Positions 1-11,878 of a stretch of 64,000 nucleotides of DNA are shown here, piece after piece. The first letter of the stretch is position 1. Each line of letters begins with the position of its first letter. Source of the DNA: Callorhinchus milii (Eukaryota); the NCBI RefSeq assembly GCF_018977255.1, contig NW_024704742.1:86120001-86184000 (forward strand). The letters run 5' to 3'. Below the pieces are notes generated by a model that was not told the origin of the DNA, did not search any database, and worked only from the letters and a program-made list of their open reading frames with translations. The translations under genes were made by a program, and so were the position numbers.

Positions 1-1429
1 TATAATGCCCTTCACAGGGGTTAGCATTTCAGAGCGCTTGAATTCAAATCAATGAGCTGCAGGTCCACAAATTGCAGCTCCATACACTGCGTCGGGGCTG
101 CCTCATACAGGACCATTTTAATGTTATTAAAGAGTGAGTCACATGACAACATGCACTGAACTATCTCCTGCCACCGCACCCTGTCTCCCTCATGGTGGCT
201 TCTCTTTGGATTAGGAAATGCAAATCCTGATTGTTGTTCCAAATTGCCTTACTCCTGGAAGCGATAGCATGGCCGCAGTGGAAACCAGGCATAAAACCAG
301 GCGTATCATTCAAAGCTCAGAGTTTCTGGAGTGTTGTAGTAGATGGCACCTTTTCATTCATTTTCTGATATTCTGCTTTGATCAATGTATCCAGGTGTCG
401 GGTGGCTACACCAAATGACTCGAACAATTTAATGTCTCCACAAAGTTATGGCGCCAAACACTTCTTTATTGTCCATTGAAGACAGTGCACTTCAATAATA
501 CAATGCTGACAAGGACTTGGAACAAAGCAGGCAGTACTAAAAAATCATTGATATTGCTTTCTGTGGGAACATAATGCCTTTGTACAGTGATTATATAGGC
601 TGGAAATGTTATCAGGTGCCGTGTGTAAATAGATCAGACATATCACCATTAAATACGCCCGCTGTTTGTGACACCCGTTCCGGCTGTACTTTGCAGCATC
701 AGTGGTTATTGGTTTGAAATGTGCACTTAATTTAATTGGATCTGCCTGAATAATTGACTAAATTGATGCTTTTACTTGAATGGAAGGAATCATTGGTCAC
801 TGTGTTGGAATATGTCGTGATGTTAAACACCACTAAATGTATTGTGGACTGCACTTTGCTGTAATTTGCTGGTAACATTATGACACTTTGATCACTCATC
901 TCTCTGATCTTTGATGTTTATTCAAACATAATGCATCGCCTTTGGAGTAAAATAGTAGGATAGATTTCTTTTGGGCTATAAACTCCAATCCTTGCTTATG
1001 TTCTCATTCTTCAGATTCAAGTCTTGCCTATTGTTTATCAACTAGTTAGAATCAAGCCAGAGGGGTGAAATCTATTGTGTTTCATAACAGATTTGATGTA
1101 ATCATTCTCTTGATAATTACAGTTAATAATAAAATAATCATAATCCTTGTGTTTGACATAGTGCCTTTCATGTCGGGAGGATGTTTCAAAGAGCTTCACA
1201 GAGTTTACTATTTTTAGTATTTTGAAGGGGAATGATATTTCATATATGGTAGTTTGTAGTTACGATAATCATAATTATGATTCCCCTTTTACAATAATTT
1301 CTGGACTCTACCTCAACCATGGTTTGCAGTAGAGAATTACACATTCCATCCACCCTCTAGGTGAAGATCCCCTTTAATTCCATAGTCACACCTACCAGCA
1401 AGAGCAACCAGACATAAACAGATATTAGG

Positions 1430-1740
1430 CTGCCAGCCTGGCTAATTTAGTAGGACTGATGCCTCTGAGTCAAAAGATTGTAGATTCAAGCCCATGTTGG
1501 GACTTGAGCTCGTAGTCTCGCCTGATGCTCCAATATATTGCTGGGGCTTTGCAGGATTATTGGAGGAGATATTAAACCAAGGTCCCTTCAAATATCATCA
1601 ATGTCATGGTTGTTTGTGGACATTTCCACATACCTATTGACTACTGTGTTTGCCTGCAAAATACTCAGTCGCCTCACTTGACAGTAAAATCCTGTGAAGT
1701 ACTTTGAGATAGTGTGATATGGCACTTAATATATACTATT
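1430..1740 (+). mobile_element. Old, decayed Deu-domain SINE (SacSINE1-like)
   Basis: Decayed head 'gcctctgagtcaaaagattgtagattcaagccc', Deu-like 'gttgtttgtggacatt' and L2-type tail 'ctgtgaagtactttgag'. Confidence 0.6.
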
Positions 1741-1800
1741 TTTTTAAGGGTATAAATTCTTTGTACATCACCCCCAGGTCTAATCTGAGATCCTTTGAGA

Positions 1801-2120
1801 TCCTGTAGCTCAGTGGTTAGAGCACTCGCTTTGCAAGTGAGAGACCTGAGTTCAATTCCAGGCAGGGCGAAACCTTGGGCAAGTTTCCTTACTCCACACG
1901 CCTAATAATAATCCCTCCAAAAAACCAAAAACAATAATTAAATTGGTTATTTTCAATCTACGACTGTTTGTGGGACATTGCTGTGCGCAATTGGCTGCCG
2001 CGTTCGCCCACAAATATACAGTCAATTCACTTTACAGTGTGTTCTGTGAAGCGCTTTGGGACGTCCTCCCGACGTGAAAAGCGCTATATCAAATGCAAGG
2101 ATTATTATTATTATTATTAT
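1801..2120 (+). mobile_element. Young tRNA-Ala-derived SINE, short subfamily (SINE2-1_CM-like)
   Basis: A-box TAGCTCAGTGG, TGC anticodon loop, B-box-like GAGTTCAATTCC, Deu segment 'tgtgggacattgctgtgcgcaattggctgccgcg', L2-like tail and (TTA)n. Near-identical to copies at 10256, 29931 and 47107. Confidence 0.92.
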
Positions 2121-2819
2121 CTCAGGAGCAGCTCTCAAGATTTCCTGGAGAAAATGCAGTTTACATTTTCTTGTGTGGAGGAGAGGGGTTAGCTCACTTT
2201 TTGAGAGGCAACGTAATAAAGGCATAGATTATTGGGAAACAGTTTATTACAAAATTCAACAGTTAAAATACAAAATAAAAGTACCATGAAGCAAATGGAG
2301 ATAGCCTGCTATCCTTCAATCACCGAAACCTTGGTTTGCATGCAGCTCAAACTAGTTAGATGCAAGCACCCTCTTTCTAGCAATAATGGTCCAACCCAAT
2401 ATAGCTCTTGACAGTCTCAATCCAGTTCTTGTGTGTTGATCATGGGCCCATAATGTAGGCTTGCTCCTAATTAGCTTTTAGTTGGCAGTGAGGTCTCTTC
2501 AGGTAAATAAATAATTACAAATAAATATCGATTAAATGGAACTCCTCCAAAATTGGAGGAAGGAACTTTATCCACACACCCGTTCATGCTGTGCTTGACA
2601 AGGGATATTTGTCTGTTTAAAAAAAAGCATAACTTTTTTTTGCTCAAATACATTAACATTCCCCAGCCTCCTGAGAGAAATGTGCTTATGATCATTTACC
2701 GCAGTTTTGAAAGAGGGCGTTTCTACTGCAGTATCTGATTTTAGTGATACTCTGAAGACTGAGTTTCTCTGGCACACTTCACAATTCCAGCATAATTTTT
2801 CTCCCTTGTGGCTCAGCAT

Positions 2820-3135
2820 AATAATATTAACCCTTGCATTTAATTCAAGTCTGGAACATGTCTCAAAACACTTCACGGGATTCGCTGTTAAGTGTAATGA
2901 CTGTGTACTTCGCAGGCAAATATACCAGCCAATTTGCACACAGCTATGCCCCACTAACAGTTGTGAAGTGAATGACAGATTTTATTTGGTTGGCCAGGAG
3001 CAGGGAGAAACTCTTTTCTTTTCTAATAGTGCCACTGATCTTTAAAATGCACCTCAACGGACAGTCATGACCTCTGTTTAACTCTCATCTGATGTATGGC
3101 ATTTCCAATAATGCAACATTCCCCCAGTACTATTG
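2820..3135 (-). mobile_element. Old Deu-domain SINE fragment
   Basis: Reverse of the SINE tail and Deu core ('cagccaatttgcacacagc', 'ggccaggagcagggagaaactc'). Confidence 0.7.
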
Positions 3136-3152
3136 TTTCAATCTTAAAAAGT

Positions 3153-3285
3153 TCTCCTTGGAGCTGAACTGGCTGTAAGGTGACATACTTGACAACAGAA
3201 TGTCGGTTTCGACCATCTGTGGCAGTCTTGGTAGTCTGTTTCCTGAGCCAGGCAGGTCTGCAGTATTGCAGGGCACTGCTGATGA
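3153..3285 (-). repeat. Unclassified dispersed repeat, family G
   Basis: Reverse complement matches 21880-21990 ('ccagttcagctccaagg', 'cctggctcaggaa', 'ccaagattgccacaga'). Confidence 0.7.
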
Positions 3286-4295
3286 CAGCCCTGGTCGAAG
3301 TGAATAATGACATTCTGTCCATCTGTGACCAGGGCTCCCTCTGTCTCCTCATCCTCCTCGACCTCTCTGCTGCCTTTGACACTGTGGACTACTCTATCCT
3401 CTTCCACGCCTCTCCGCTCATCTCAACCTTCAAGGTTCTGTCCTTGAATGGTTCAGTTCCTATCTCTCCGGATCCATTTGTCTCCACAAATGGCTTCTCC
3501 TCCAGCCCCCGCACCATCTTGTGTGGTGCTTCTCAGGGCTCTGTCCTTGGTCCTCCTTAATGTCTACATGCTCCCTCTTGGTGACATTATTCGCAGACAT
3601 GGGGTCAACTTACACATGTACGCGGATGACGCCCATCTTTATCTCTCTGTCCCCACACTCGACTCCAGGACCACTGATGTCCTGGCAGACTGCTAGTCAG
3701 ATATCAAGTCCTGGATGAGAGCCAAGTTTCTACAGTTGAACATCAGTAAGACCGAGGCTCTCCTCCTGATTGGCTCGTGCCAGAGCCTCCGCATCTCAGG
3801 CACTGACAGCATCAGCATCCATGAATGCACACTCCACCTCACCAAGCCAGTCAGGAACTTTGGCATCTTCTTCAACCCTCAAGTGTCCTTTCTCTCCCAC
3901 ATTTATGCCATGACACACTCTGCCTTCCCTCACCCCTGCAACATTGCCCGACCCCGCCACTGCCTCGCCCATTAGGCCACGGAAACCCCCATGCATGCCT
4001 TCATTACATCTAAGCTCGACTACGCCAACTCCTTGCTTGTCGGCCTTCCCAACTGTTCCCTCCACAAGCTGCAGATCATCCAGAACTCTGCAGGTCCTGT
4101 TCTCTCCCACATCAGGCTCCGTGATCACATCACATCCACCCTCATCCGGCTATACTGGCTCCCCATTCCTTAGAAGATCGACTTCAAAATTCTTGTCCTC
4201 ACCTTCAAAGCCCTCCCAGGTCTTAATCCCTGACTGTTCAGCACCTTCAGTCGTCCTCCTGACATGAAAGGCGCTTTACAAATGTCATTTTGTAC
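3283..4295 (+). mobile_element. 5'-truncated L2 LINE (RT C-terminal part and 3' tail), frameshifted
   Basis: Translates TALVEVNNDIL..LLDLSAAFDTVD..QGSVLGP..HMYADD..KLDYANSLL; ends 'gacatgaaaggcgctttacaaatgtcattttgt'. Confidence 0.92.
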
Positions 4296-4305
4296 TGTAT
4301 TGTAT

Positions 4306-4484
4306 TACTTTCCGGATTTAGGTAAACAGGATAAGTCCCTCCAGGGAGAGGGAGCGCATTCCATTCCAACAATCTACCTCTGGGATTTCCACGTGTAGGT
4401 GGTATGCATGGAATTCTCAGTTTAGTTTGGATGCTCTGAAGCCTGGTTCCCGCATGTGTCAGACACCCAGCTGACCAAAATAAA
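4306..4484 (+). repeat. Unclassified A-tailed repeat, family D
   Basis: 'gtccctccaggg..cattccattcc..gcatggaattctcag..gtcagacacccagctgaccaaaa', shared with 6336, 40506, 43842 and 57186. Confidence 0.8.
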
Positions 4485-5196
4485 TTGTTTCAGTCTAGAC
4501 TCTGACTTCAAAGTTTCAATATGGTGCTTCAAGCACAACTTTCTGACTCAGAAGTGCCAGTGCCACTAAATGTGCCAGGCTGATGCCTCTGAGAAGGAGA
4601 TTAGACAAAAATGTAAAATTCTGACATATCAAGATAATAAAAGGGTTTACATTTTTCATCTTTTAAATCTTCTTTCCATGCAATCCAATGCTTCAGGGTG
4701 AAAAAAAGGAACAGATGTTTATTATCTAAGTTGAAGTAGATATTGAGCATTTGAGGTATTGGTATTTTCTTTATTAGAAAGAACAATAACATAACTATTC
4801 TTATCCACCCGACTCTGAGTGAAATGCATTTTTCTGCTCTTCCTATCTCCCTTGTTTATCGATGGGATGACGTGCTGAGATTTTCTATAATGCACTCTTT
4901 GTAGCATTTAGATATTTTAATGTCAGTTTAATATCATATTTTACCAATACTGACCATTTTAATTAGGATGCATGTTCCCTTGGGATCAGTCTTTAATGCT
5001 TCCTCACGCCTTAACATAAAAATTATAGCTCTATAACGCAAGGCAAACAAGGTTACAGTGCTTAATGGATTCATGTCTTTCTTTCCCTGAAGGAAACAAT
5101 ATATCTTTGATAATTTTGAGCCATTGATGGTCCCAGAGCACATCATTAGTTCTTTGAGGTTGATTCTTTTGCTGCACGGATACATGCATTCTAGAA

Positions 5197-5637
5197 TAGT
5201 AATAATAATTCTTGTATTTGATATGGTGCCTTTTCTCATCATTGAGACATCTCAAAGCGCATCACAGAATATATTAAAAATAATAGTTCAAGCATTTGAG
5301 TTAGCGCCTTATCACGTCTTCAAGACCTCTCAAAACACTTCACAGAATATACTGTAAAGTGAATTGACTGTGTATTTGTGGGCGAAATGTAGCAACAAAT
5401 TTCGTACAGAGGTGTCCCACTAACAGTCGTGGATTGAGTGACCAAGTTTTTATTTTTTGGAGGGATTACCCCAGGAAAAGGGATGCGCCAATCGACTAAC
5501 AACTGGGTTCCTACTTACAGCTAGGTAAACAGGTGTGTGGAGAAAGGAAACTTGCCTAAGGTTTTGCCCCGACCAGGAATCAAACCCGTATCTCTCATTT
5601 GCGAGGCGAGGGAGCTAACTTTTACACTATGGGACTC
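5197..5637 (-). mobile_element. tRNA-derived SINE, long subfamily (about 5285-5637), plus an extra tail fragment (5197-5275)
   Basis: Reverse of the SINE including the internal segment 'gtttacctagctgtaagtaggaacccagttgttag' that the short subfamily lacks. Confidence 0.85.
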
Positions 5638-6335
5638 TTGACATCTTGTAATGGGCTTAAAAAAGCTCCTGCGTTTCTCATTTTTGTTTGGCTTTTCTAT
5701 AACTATATTCTATGAGGAAAGACAACTTGCAATGATGTAGTGAGGAAAAATACAGGAATTACCATCCCGGGCGCCTAATATATATTCCAAGGTTCACCTG
5801 GAGTGCCTCTGACAGGGCTGCAGGAATTCAGTGCCAACAAGGCAAAATAATTGCCGCCTTGAATGTTCTCTTGACGAACAGATGAGCGCTGAACCCAACT
5901 CGAAGCTAAGATGATGGGTTAATATGCCGATTGATTCACTTTCAATTCAAGCAAAGTTTTCCCTTCTCCAAATCATAAATAAATTAATCATAACTGATAT
6001 TGCGTATGTACCATAGTGAAAAAACCTGCAGCCACACTGCAAGATTCAATATTTTAATGAAGGTATTTTTTTGAGGTATGTGATCCCAATAACAATGCTT
6101 CCAGGTCCCTGGCAGAGGACGGAGAGCCCAAGTTCAAACTGATCTTATCTTGTGGGTATGAAACTTGGTTTGAATAAAAAACAGTACTTCTGCAATGTCA
6201 AATGTGAATATTTACAGCTTGAGCTCAGGGGAATAAGGTGTTAAAATATTTTATTTTATATAAATATTTCTAACCAAGCAAATTAAGCCCAAGGGGAAAG
6301 TCAATCACTCCTATATTTCCATGGCATCAAGATAT

Positions 6336-6442
6336 GTGACATGTGAGGAAACCCATTAATCACCATGCTTAAGAGTATCCAGACCAGACTGAGAGTTCCA
6401 CATAAGCCACCTACACATGGAAATGTCCCTGTGTCTGGAATG
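6336..6442 (-). repeat. Family D fragment
   Basis: 'caccatgcttaagagtatccagacc..ctacacatggaa' matches 43880-43945. Confidence 0.75.
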
Positions 6443-6444
6443 AC

Positions 6445-6545
6445 TCATGCTGAGTTTTTTGATCTCAGCTGGGGCTGTGTGGGAAGGCTGAATTGGCCCT
6501 GGTCTTTCCTGGTTTAGAGGGTAAAAGCAGATTGGATTCCTGCTT
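6445..6545 (+). mobile_element. Ancient SINE-like repeat fragment, family E
   Basis: 'gctgagtt..tgatctcagctgggg..aattggcc..gaggggtaaaa..ttcctgct', related to 19405, 21560 and 38372. Confidence 0.55.
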
Positions 6546-7175
6546 AGAATCATAGCATCTTAGAATCCTACAACCAGAAGGAGGCCATTCCCCATTGGCT
6601 TCCAATTGTTTTCTTTTCAAGTAAATATCTAATTCCTTTTTGAAAGTTATTGAATTTGTTTCCAACACCCTGTTTCCAACTAGCTGTGCAAAAAGAAATT
6701 CTCCTCATCTCCTCTGCTACTTTTGCCAATTATCTTGGATCTGTGCTCTCTGGTTACTGCCCCACCCACCAGTGGAAAACAGTGGATGCTTCTCATCCCT
6801 CTTCATTATCTTCTTCTGCGATGTCTGACAGCTAAGTGATGAGATCATAGAATCATAGAATTATACAGCCAGAAGGAGGCCATTCAGCCCATCATGTCTG
6901 TGCTGGCTCTTTGAAAAGAACTATCCAAATCAATCCCACTCTCCCGCGCTCTCCCCATAGCCCCGCAAACTTGTCCTCCCCAAATAATTATCTACTCTCT
7001 TAAAAGTTGATATTGAATCAGCTTTCATCACTGTTTCAGGCAATGCATTCAGATCCGAACAACTCGCTGTGTGAAAAAAATTCTCCTGACCTCCCCTTTG
7101 TTTTTTTTAACAACTATTTTAAATCGGTGTCCTCGGGTTACCAACCCACCCGCCAGTGGAAATAGTTTCTCCACT
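6546..7175 (-). mobile_element. Two tandem CR1 LINE 3' fragments
   Basis: Reverse 'atcatagaatcatagaa..agaaggaggccattc' tails; ORF 7049-7243 reads TRGHRFKIV..VRRIFFTQRVVRI (CR1 ORF2 C-terminus). Confidence 0.85.
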
Positions 7176-7319
7176 GGCATTACTAAATAGATGTCAGGGT
7201 TGGCTATGAAGCTCTCTCCAGTTGATTGATCGGACATTAACATTGGCCCATATGTGTTTGGGTGTGGGGGTTATGAAAGGGCTAACAGTGCCTATGGAAC
7301 AGTGCCATAGTCTCAACTC

Positions 7320-8447
7320 TCTGATGCATCTCTGTGGCTCTGCATTTTCCTGGTTTCACTCCTATCTGTCCCAGTGTCTCCACTTTGACTTGGTAACAGT
7401 TTCTCCTCTTTCCTCCACCTCTTCAATCTCCACACGCTCCCCCTTGGTGACATCATCCGCAGACATGGGGTCAACTTCCACATGTACGCGGATGACACCC
7501 AAATCTATCTCTCTGCCACCACCCTCGACTCCAGGACAACTGATGTCGTGACAGACTGTCTGTCTGGCATTAAGTCCTGGATGAGAGCCAGCTTTCTTTC
7601 TACAGCTGAATGTCAGCAAGACTGTGACCCTCTGGATTGGGTCGCCTCAGCACCTCAGGCAATGGCAGCATCAGCATCCAAGGTTGCACACTCCACCTCA
7701 CCAAGCCAGTTAGGAAACTGGATGTCTTGTTCGACCCTCAACTGTCCTTTCTCCCCCATATCAATGCCATGACCTGCTCTGCCTTCCGCCACCACCGCAA
7801 CATTGCCTGACTCTGCCACTGCCTCACCACTCAGGCTGCCGAAACTCTCATACATGCATTCATCATCTCAAGGCTCGACTACGGAAACTCCCTCGTTGCC
7901 TCAACTCTTCCCTCCACAAGCTGCAGATGATCCAGAACTCTGCAGCTCGTGTCCTCACCTGCACCAGGCTCCGGGAACCCATCACCTCCACCCTCGCCCG
8001 GTTCCATTGGCTCCCCATCCATCAGAGAATAGAATTCGAAATCCTTGTCCTCATTTTCAAGGCCCTACAAGGCCTTGCCCCCTCCTACATCACTCACCTG
8101 CTGACCCCTTATCAACCTGTCTACTCCCTCTGCTCAGCAGGCTCCGATCTGCTCCTGGTATCCCACCCGACCCTCCCTACCATCGGCGGCCGGGCTTTCA
8201 GCCTCTCTGTCCCCATTCTTTGGAACTCCATCCCACACTCCCTTTGCCTTGCTTCCTCTCTTGCCTCCTTCAAGACACAACTCAAGATCCTCCTTTTTGA
8301 CCGTGCCTTCAGCCACCCTCCTACCCCTTCTGCCTTCCATCATCCCAACCCTGGCCCCCACGCTCGGATCCTGATACCTGTCTGTTCAGTGCCTTGGGAT
8401 GTCCTCCCGACATGCAAGTCACTTTACAAATTTAATTTTGTTATTGT
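7320..8447 (+). mobile_element. 5'-truncated L2 LINE (RT C-terminus and 3' UTR)
   Basis: MYADDTQIY, IQNSAARVLT..LHWLPI-like..LWNSIP; tail 'tttacaaatttaattttgttattgt'. Confidence 0.92.
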
Positions 8448-8449
8448 CA

Positions 8450-9360
8450 TGTATGGTGTTCCCCAGGGCTCAATCTTTGATACTCTCCTTTTCTTTATCT
8501 ACATGCTTCCCTTGGTGACATTATCCACATGCCTAGGGTCCACTTCGATATGTCACTCATCTCTGTCTTTGTACCTCTGTCCTCAATTTCAGGACCACTG
8601 CTGTTTTGACAGATTGATTGTCAAACCTGGATGAAGCTTAACTTTCTACAGTTGAACGTCAACAAAACTGAGGCTTTCCTCTTTGCTCCCATCAGTGGCT
8701 CTTAATCTTGAGCACTCACCGAAACAACACAACCCACCTCCATCACTACCTCATCACAACACAGTTGAAAGCCTCATCCAACCTTTGTTACCTTCAGACT
8801 TGATTTCTCCTAATCCCTGGCTCTTCCGTCCACAGCTCCAGATCATCCAAAACTCTGTAGGCCGTATTCTCTCCCGCACAAGACTTTGTGAGCCCATTAT
8901 CATCATGCTCCCCTGCCTCCCTATCCCCCAGTGGATAGGGAGCCAGGGGAGCATGATGGTAATGATGAATCACCTTTCATATCCTGGCCTTTAACCCCAA
9001 AAGCTCCACAATCTTACCTACCCTCTGAACTTTGCTGCGATCATACTGTCCCAGTCACCACCTCCACTTTGCCAACTCTGGCCTGCTTCATGCACACCCC
9101 CCAACCCCCACTCAGCCCCACCCAATCGGGAGAGCTTTTAGACATTTTACCCCTAGCCTTGAGAACTGTCTTCCCAAATCCATCTGCTTCACCCCTTCTC
9201 TCTCTCTCCCTGCTTTCAACATGTGTCTAAAAAATATTTTTCTCAGTGCTTTCAGCCATCGTTCTCCACCTCTCCGCACCATCTCCCTCCTCGCTTGATC
9301 TCTTTGCAAAGTGCTTTGAGACATTCTCGCGATAGGAAAAGCACTATTTAAATTGTTTAT
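8450..9360 (+). mobile_element. Older, heavily deleted L2 fragment
   Basis: GVPQGSI..LLFFIYMLPL and QIIQNS motifs with many indels; decayed tail near 9300-9360. Confidence 0.7.
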
Positions 9361-9399
9361 TAACATAGCTTTGGTTGCCTCTTTTGTAAAGTTACCTAT

Positions 9400-9630
9400 T
9401 ATAATCATAATCCTTATATTTGGTATAATACCTTTCACATCGGGAAGACGTCTTGAAGCGTTTCACAGAATGTACTGTAAAGTGGAGTGACTGGATTTTT
9501 GTGGGCAAATGTGGCAGCCAATTTGCGCACAGTAATGTCCCACAAACAGCTGTGAAGTTAATGATCAGGTTCATCTGGGGTGGTAGAGGGATTGTTGACC
9601 AGGAAATCGAGAACTCCCTTCTTTTTTCAA
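9400..9630 (-). mobile_element. Deu-SINE 3' fragment
   Basis: Reverse tail and 'ggcagccaatttgcgcacagtaatgtcccacaaacagc'. Confidence 0.8.
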
Positions 9631-9664
9631 TATATACATTATATATTTAATATATGCATATACA

Positions 9665-9808
9665 TAAAAGAGAGGAATATTAAAGGAAGTGGATATTGGG
9701 CGGGAGAGTGGGACTAGATCAGGTGCCTTTTGTGGGGAAAAAACACTAACTCAGATTTGATGGGCCAAATGGCTATTTTTTGTGTTGTGATGTGCTATGA
9801 TTTTATGG
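9665..9808 (+). mobile_element. CR1 3' end fragment
   Basis: 'gatgggccaaatggc..ctatgattttatg'; similar to 41460-41600. Confidence 0.65.
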
Positions 9809-10255
9809 TTATACATTTGGAGCACTTCTTCTGTTACAAATCAGTTATTGCATTGCTTAGTTCATTGAGGCTGAGGCCAGATTATGGGTTTTGGACTGAA
9901 TGCAGCAATTTACAATTCACAATCTGCCTGAGATTCCGAATCATAATAGAGTGCATGTCTTTATTATTGTTTCCTGCAGCTAAAGAACATAGACATTCAT
10001 TAGCCACTTTGACCTGCTTGCTTGTGTATCTTATTATGGGGCTGTGTTAAAGTATGAGCTAGTATTAAACAGTTGTGGACAATCTGTTGATTGCTTTCAT
10101 TGTAGCATTGGTTACACATAAGAGTCAGGCTTTCATTTACAGTTGCCTCTAGCAAGCTGGAGAGTGGGGCAAGCAGATAGTTTGTTTATAGGGAGGTAGG
10201 GATAGGCAAGATAGGCTGAATGTGCTTTAAAATTCAATGGGTAAAACACGCTATT

Positions 10256-10585
10256 ATAATAATAATAATAATAATAATCCTTGCATTTGATATAGCGCTT
10301 TTCACGTCGGGAGGACGTCCCAAAGCGCTTCACAGAACACACTGTAAAGTGAATTGACTGTATATTTGTGGGCGAACGCGGCAGCCAATTGCGCACAGCA
10401 ATGTCCCACAAACAGTCGTAGATTGAAAATGACCAATTTAACTATTGTTTTTTTTTTGGAGGGATTATTATTAGGCTCTGTGTGGAGTAAGGAAACTTGC
10501 CCAAGGTTTCGCCCTGTGCCTGGAATTGAACTCAGGTCTCTCACTTGCAAAGCGAGTGCTCTAACCACTGAGCTACAGGACTCCA
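10256..10585 (-). mobile_element. Young full-length tRNA-derived SINE, short subfamily
   Basis: Reverse complement of 1801-2120; 3' half essentially identical; 5' end 'tggagtcctgtagctcag'. Confidence 0.93.
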
Positions 10586-11699
10586 CTATTTAGTTTATGT
10601 TGGTGTATATATTTTTGAGACGTCCAGATGTGAAAACAAGTATGTTTTTTTTGGGTGGGGGTTTCAAAATAAATTGACGTGATACAGATAGTGGTACATT
10701 TTTGTAAGTAAAGTTGGAATGTTACACTAGAAACTGCATGAGACAGGTGAATTTATATGTGCTGTTGGGGTGTATTCGGAGAATACAGATTGAGGTTCTA
10801 GCCTCTGGTACATTAACGCAGCCCGCATTTTCAAAAAATGTTCCTGTGTTTGAAAATTGTAAATCCTCCTCAAAATCCTCAGTATGCACCAACAGCTTAG
10901 AGTGGCATATGGAGACTCTGTGATTGGATTTTTTCCCAACGCTTTGCTGAATCTCAGATCTGTTCCTTAATCCCGAGCCAAATTGCAATGCCCCAATCAT
11001 ATGATGCTCAGTTTACTGTGTGATGTACAAGCAATGTTTAATTCTACTGTTGCTGTTGTTCTATTCAATATCAATTTTGCTTTGCTTTATTTCAATGGAC
11101 CATAAAATTTGCCTGGCAGAATATGGTCAAGTCCCATCTGTTCAGCAAACCGTAATCCACTTCTTAGCAAATACAAAACTTACTGACTGTCAGCCAGACA
11201 GGATGGGACCCTTTTAGCTTTCCTTAACAGTGCCAATTTGAAAGACAAGAATGAATGTGACAAGCTCCAGAGACTTAGATCAGATGGCACTATCTCTCAT
11301 TTAAAGTGTGTCTCTGGGACTTTTAGGACTGGAGTTAATGTATCAATTAATCAGAAGATGATGATAATCACACACATCTTCGAGTGGTAATGGACTGCAT
11401 TAAAATAAAAATGGAATTTGATGTTGTGAATTCTACTCTTTTTAATGTGATCCTTAGAAAGTGAGCATTTTGGGAGTTCTGATGGGCTGCCTGCTCATAT
11501 CAGGTTATTGTAACCCAATAGGTGTTGTTTTTAATCCAGAAAAATTGTATAATAGTATAATAATAATGCTTACATTTGTGTAGTTCTTTTCATTTCAGGA
11601 GGACATCTTTAAACACTTCCAAGGGAACTGTGAAATGTAGTGACTGTGTATTTTTGTAGCTTTCATCACTCATCTTCCTTGTGGGATGGCATAATTCAA

Positions 11700-11878
11700 T
11701 ACATACAAAATTACATTTGTATAATGACTTTCATGTTGGGAGGATGTCCCAAGGCACTGGATAGTCAGTGATTTCGATCAGAGCAGGGGATTGGGATCAG
11801 GGAGGGTGGAGAGCAGGGAGGGTAGGAGGGTGGCTGAAGGTGTGGTCGAAGAGGGGGTCTAGAAATGTGTCTTGAGGA
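11700..11878 (-). mobile_element. L2 3' end fragment
   Basis: Reverse of 'ttcgaccacaccttcagccaccctcc..ttgggacatcctcccaacatgaaag..aaatgtaattttg'. Confidence 0.8.

Noticed and set aside
21..418. Short ORFs at the window start
   Set aside because: No recognisable protein similarity; lengths expected by chance.
1801..1870. tRNA-Ala(TGC) gene, also at 10585, 29931 and 47107
   Set aside because: SINE heads: each continues into the Deu segment and L2-like tail, with no complete acceptor stem or oligo-T terminator.
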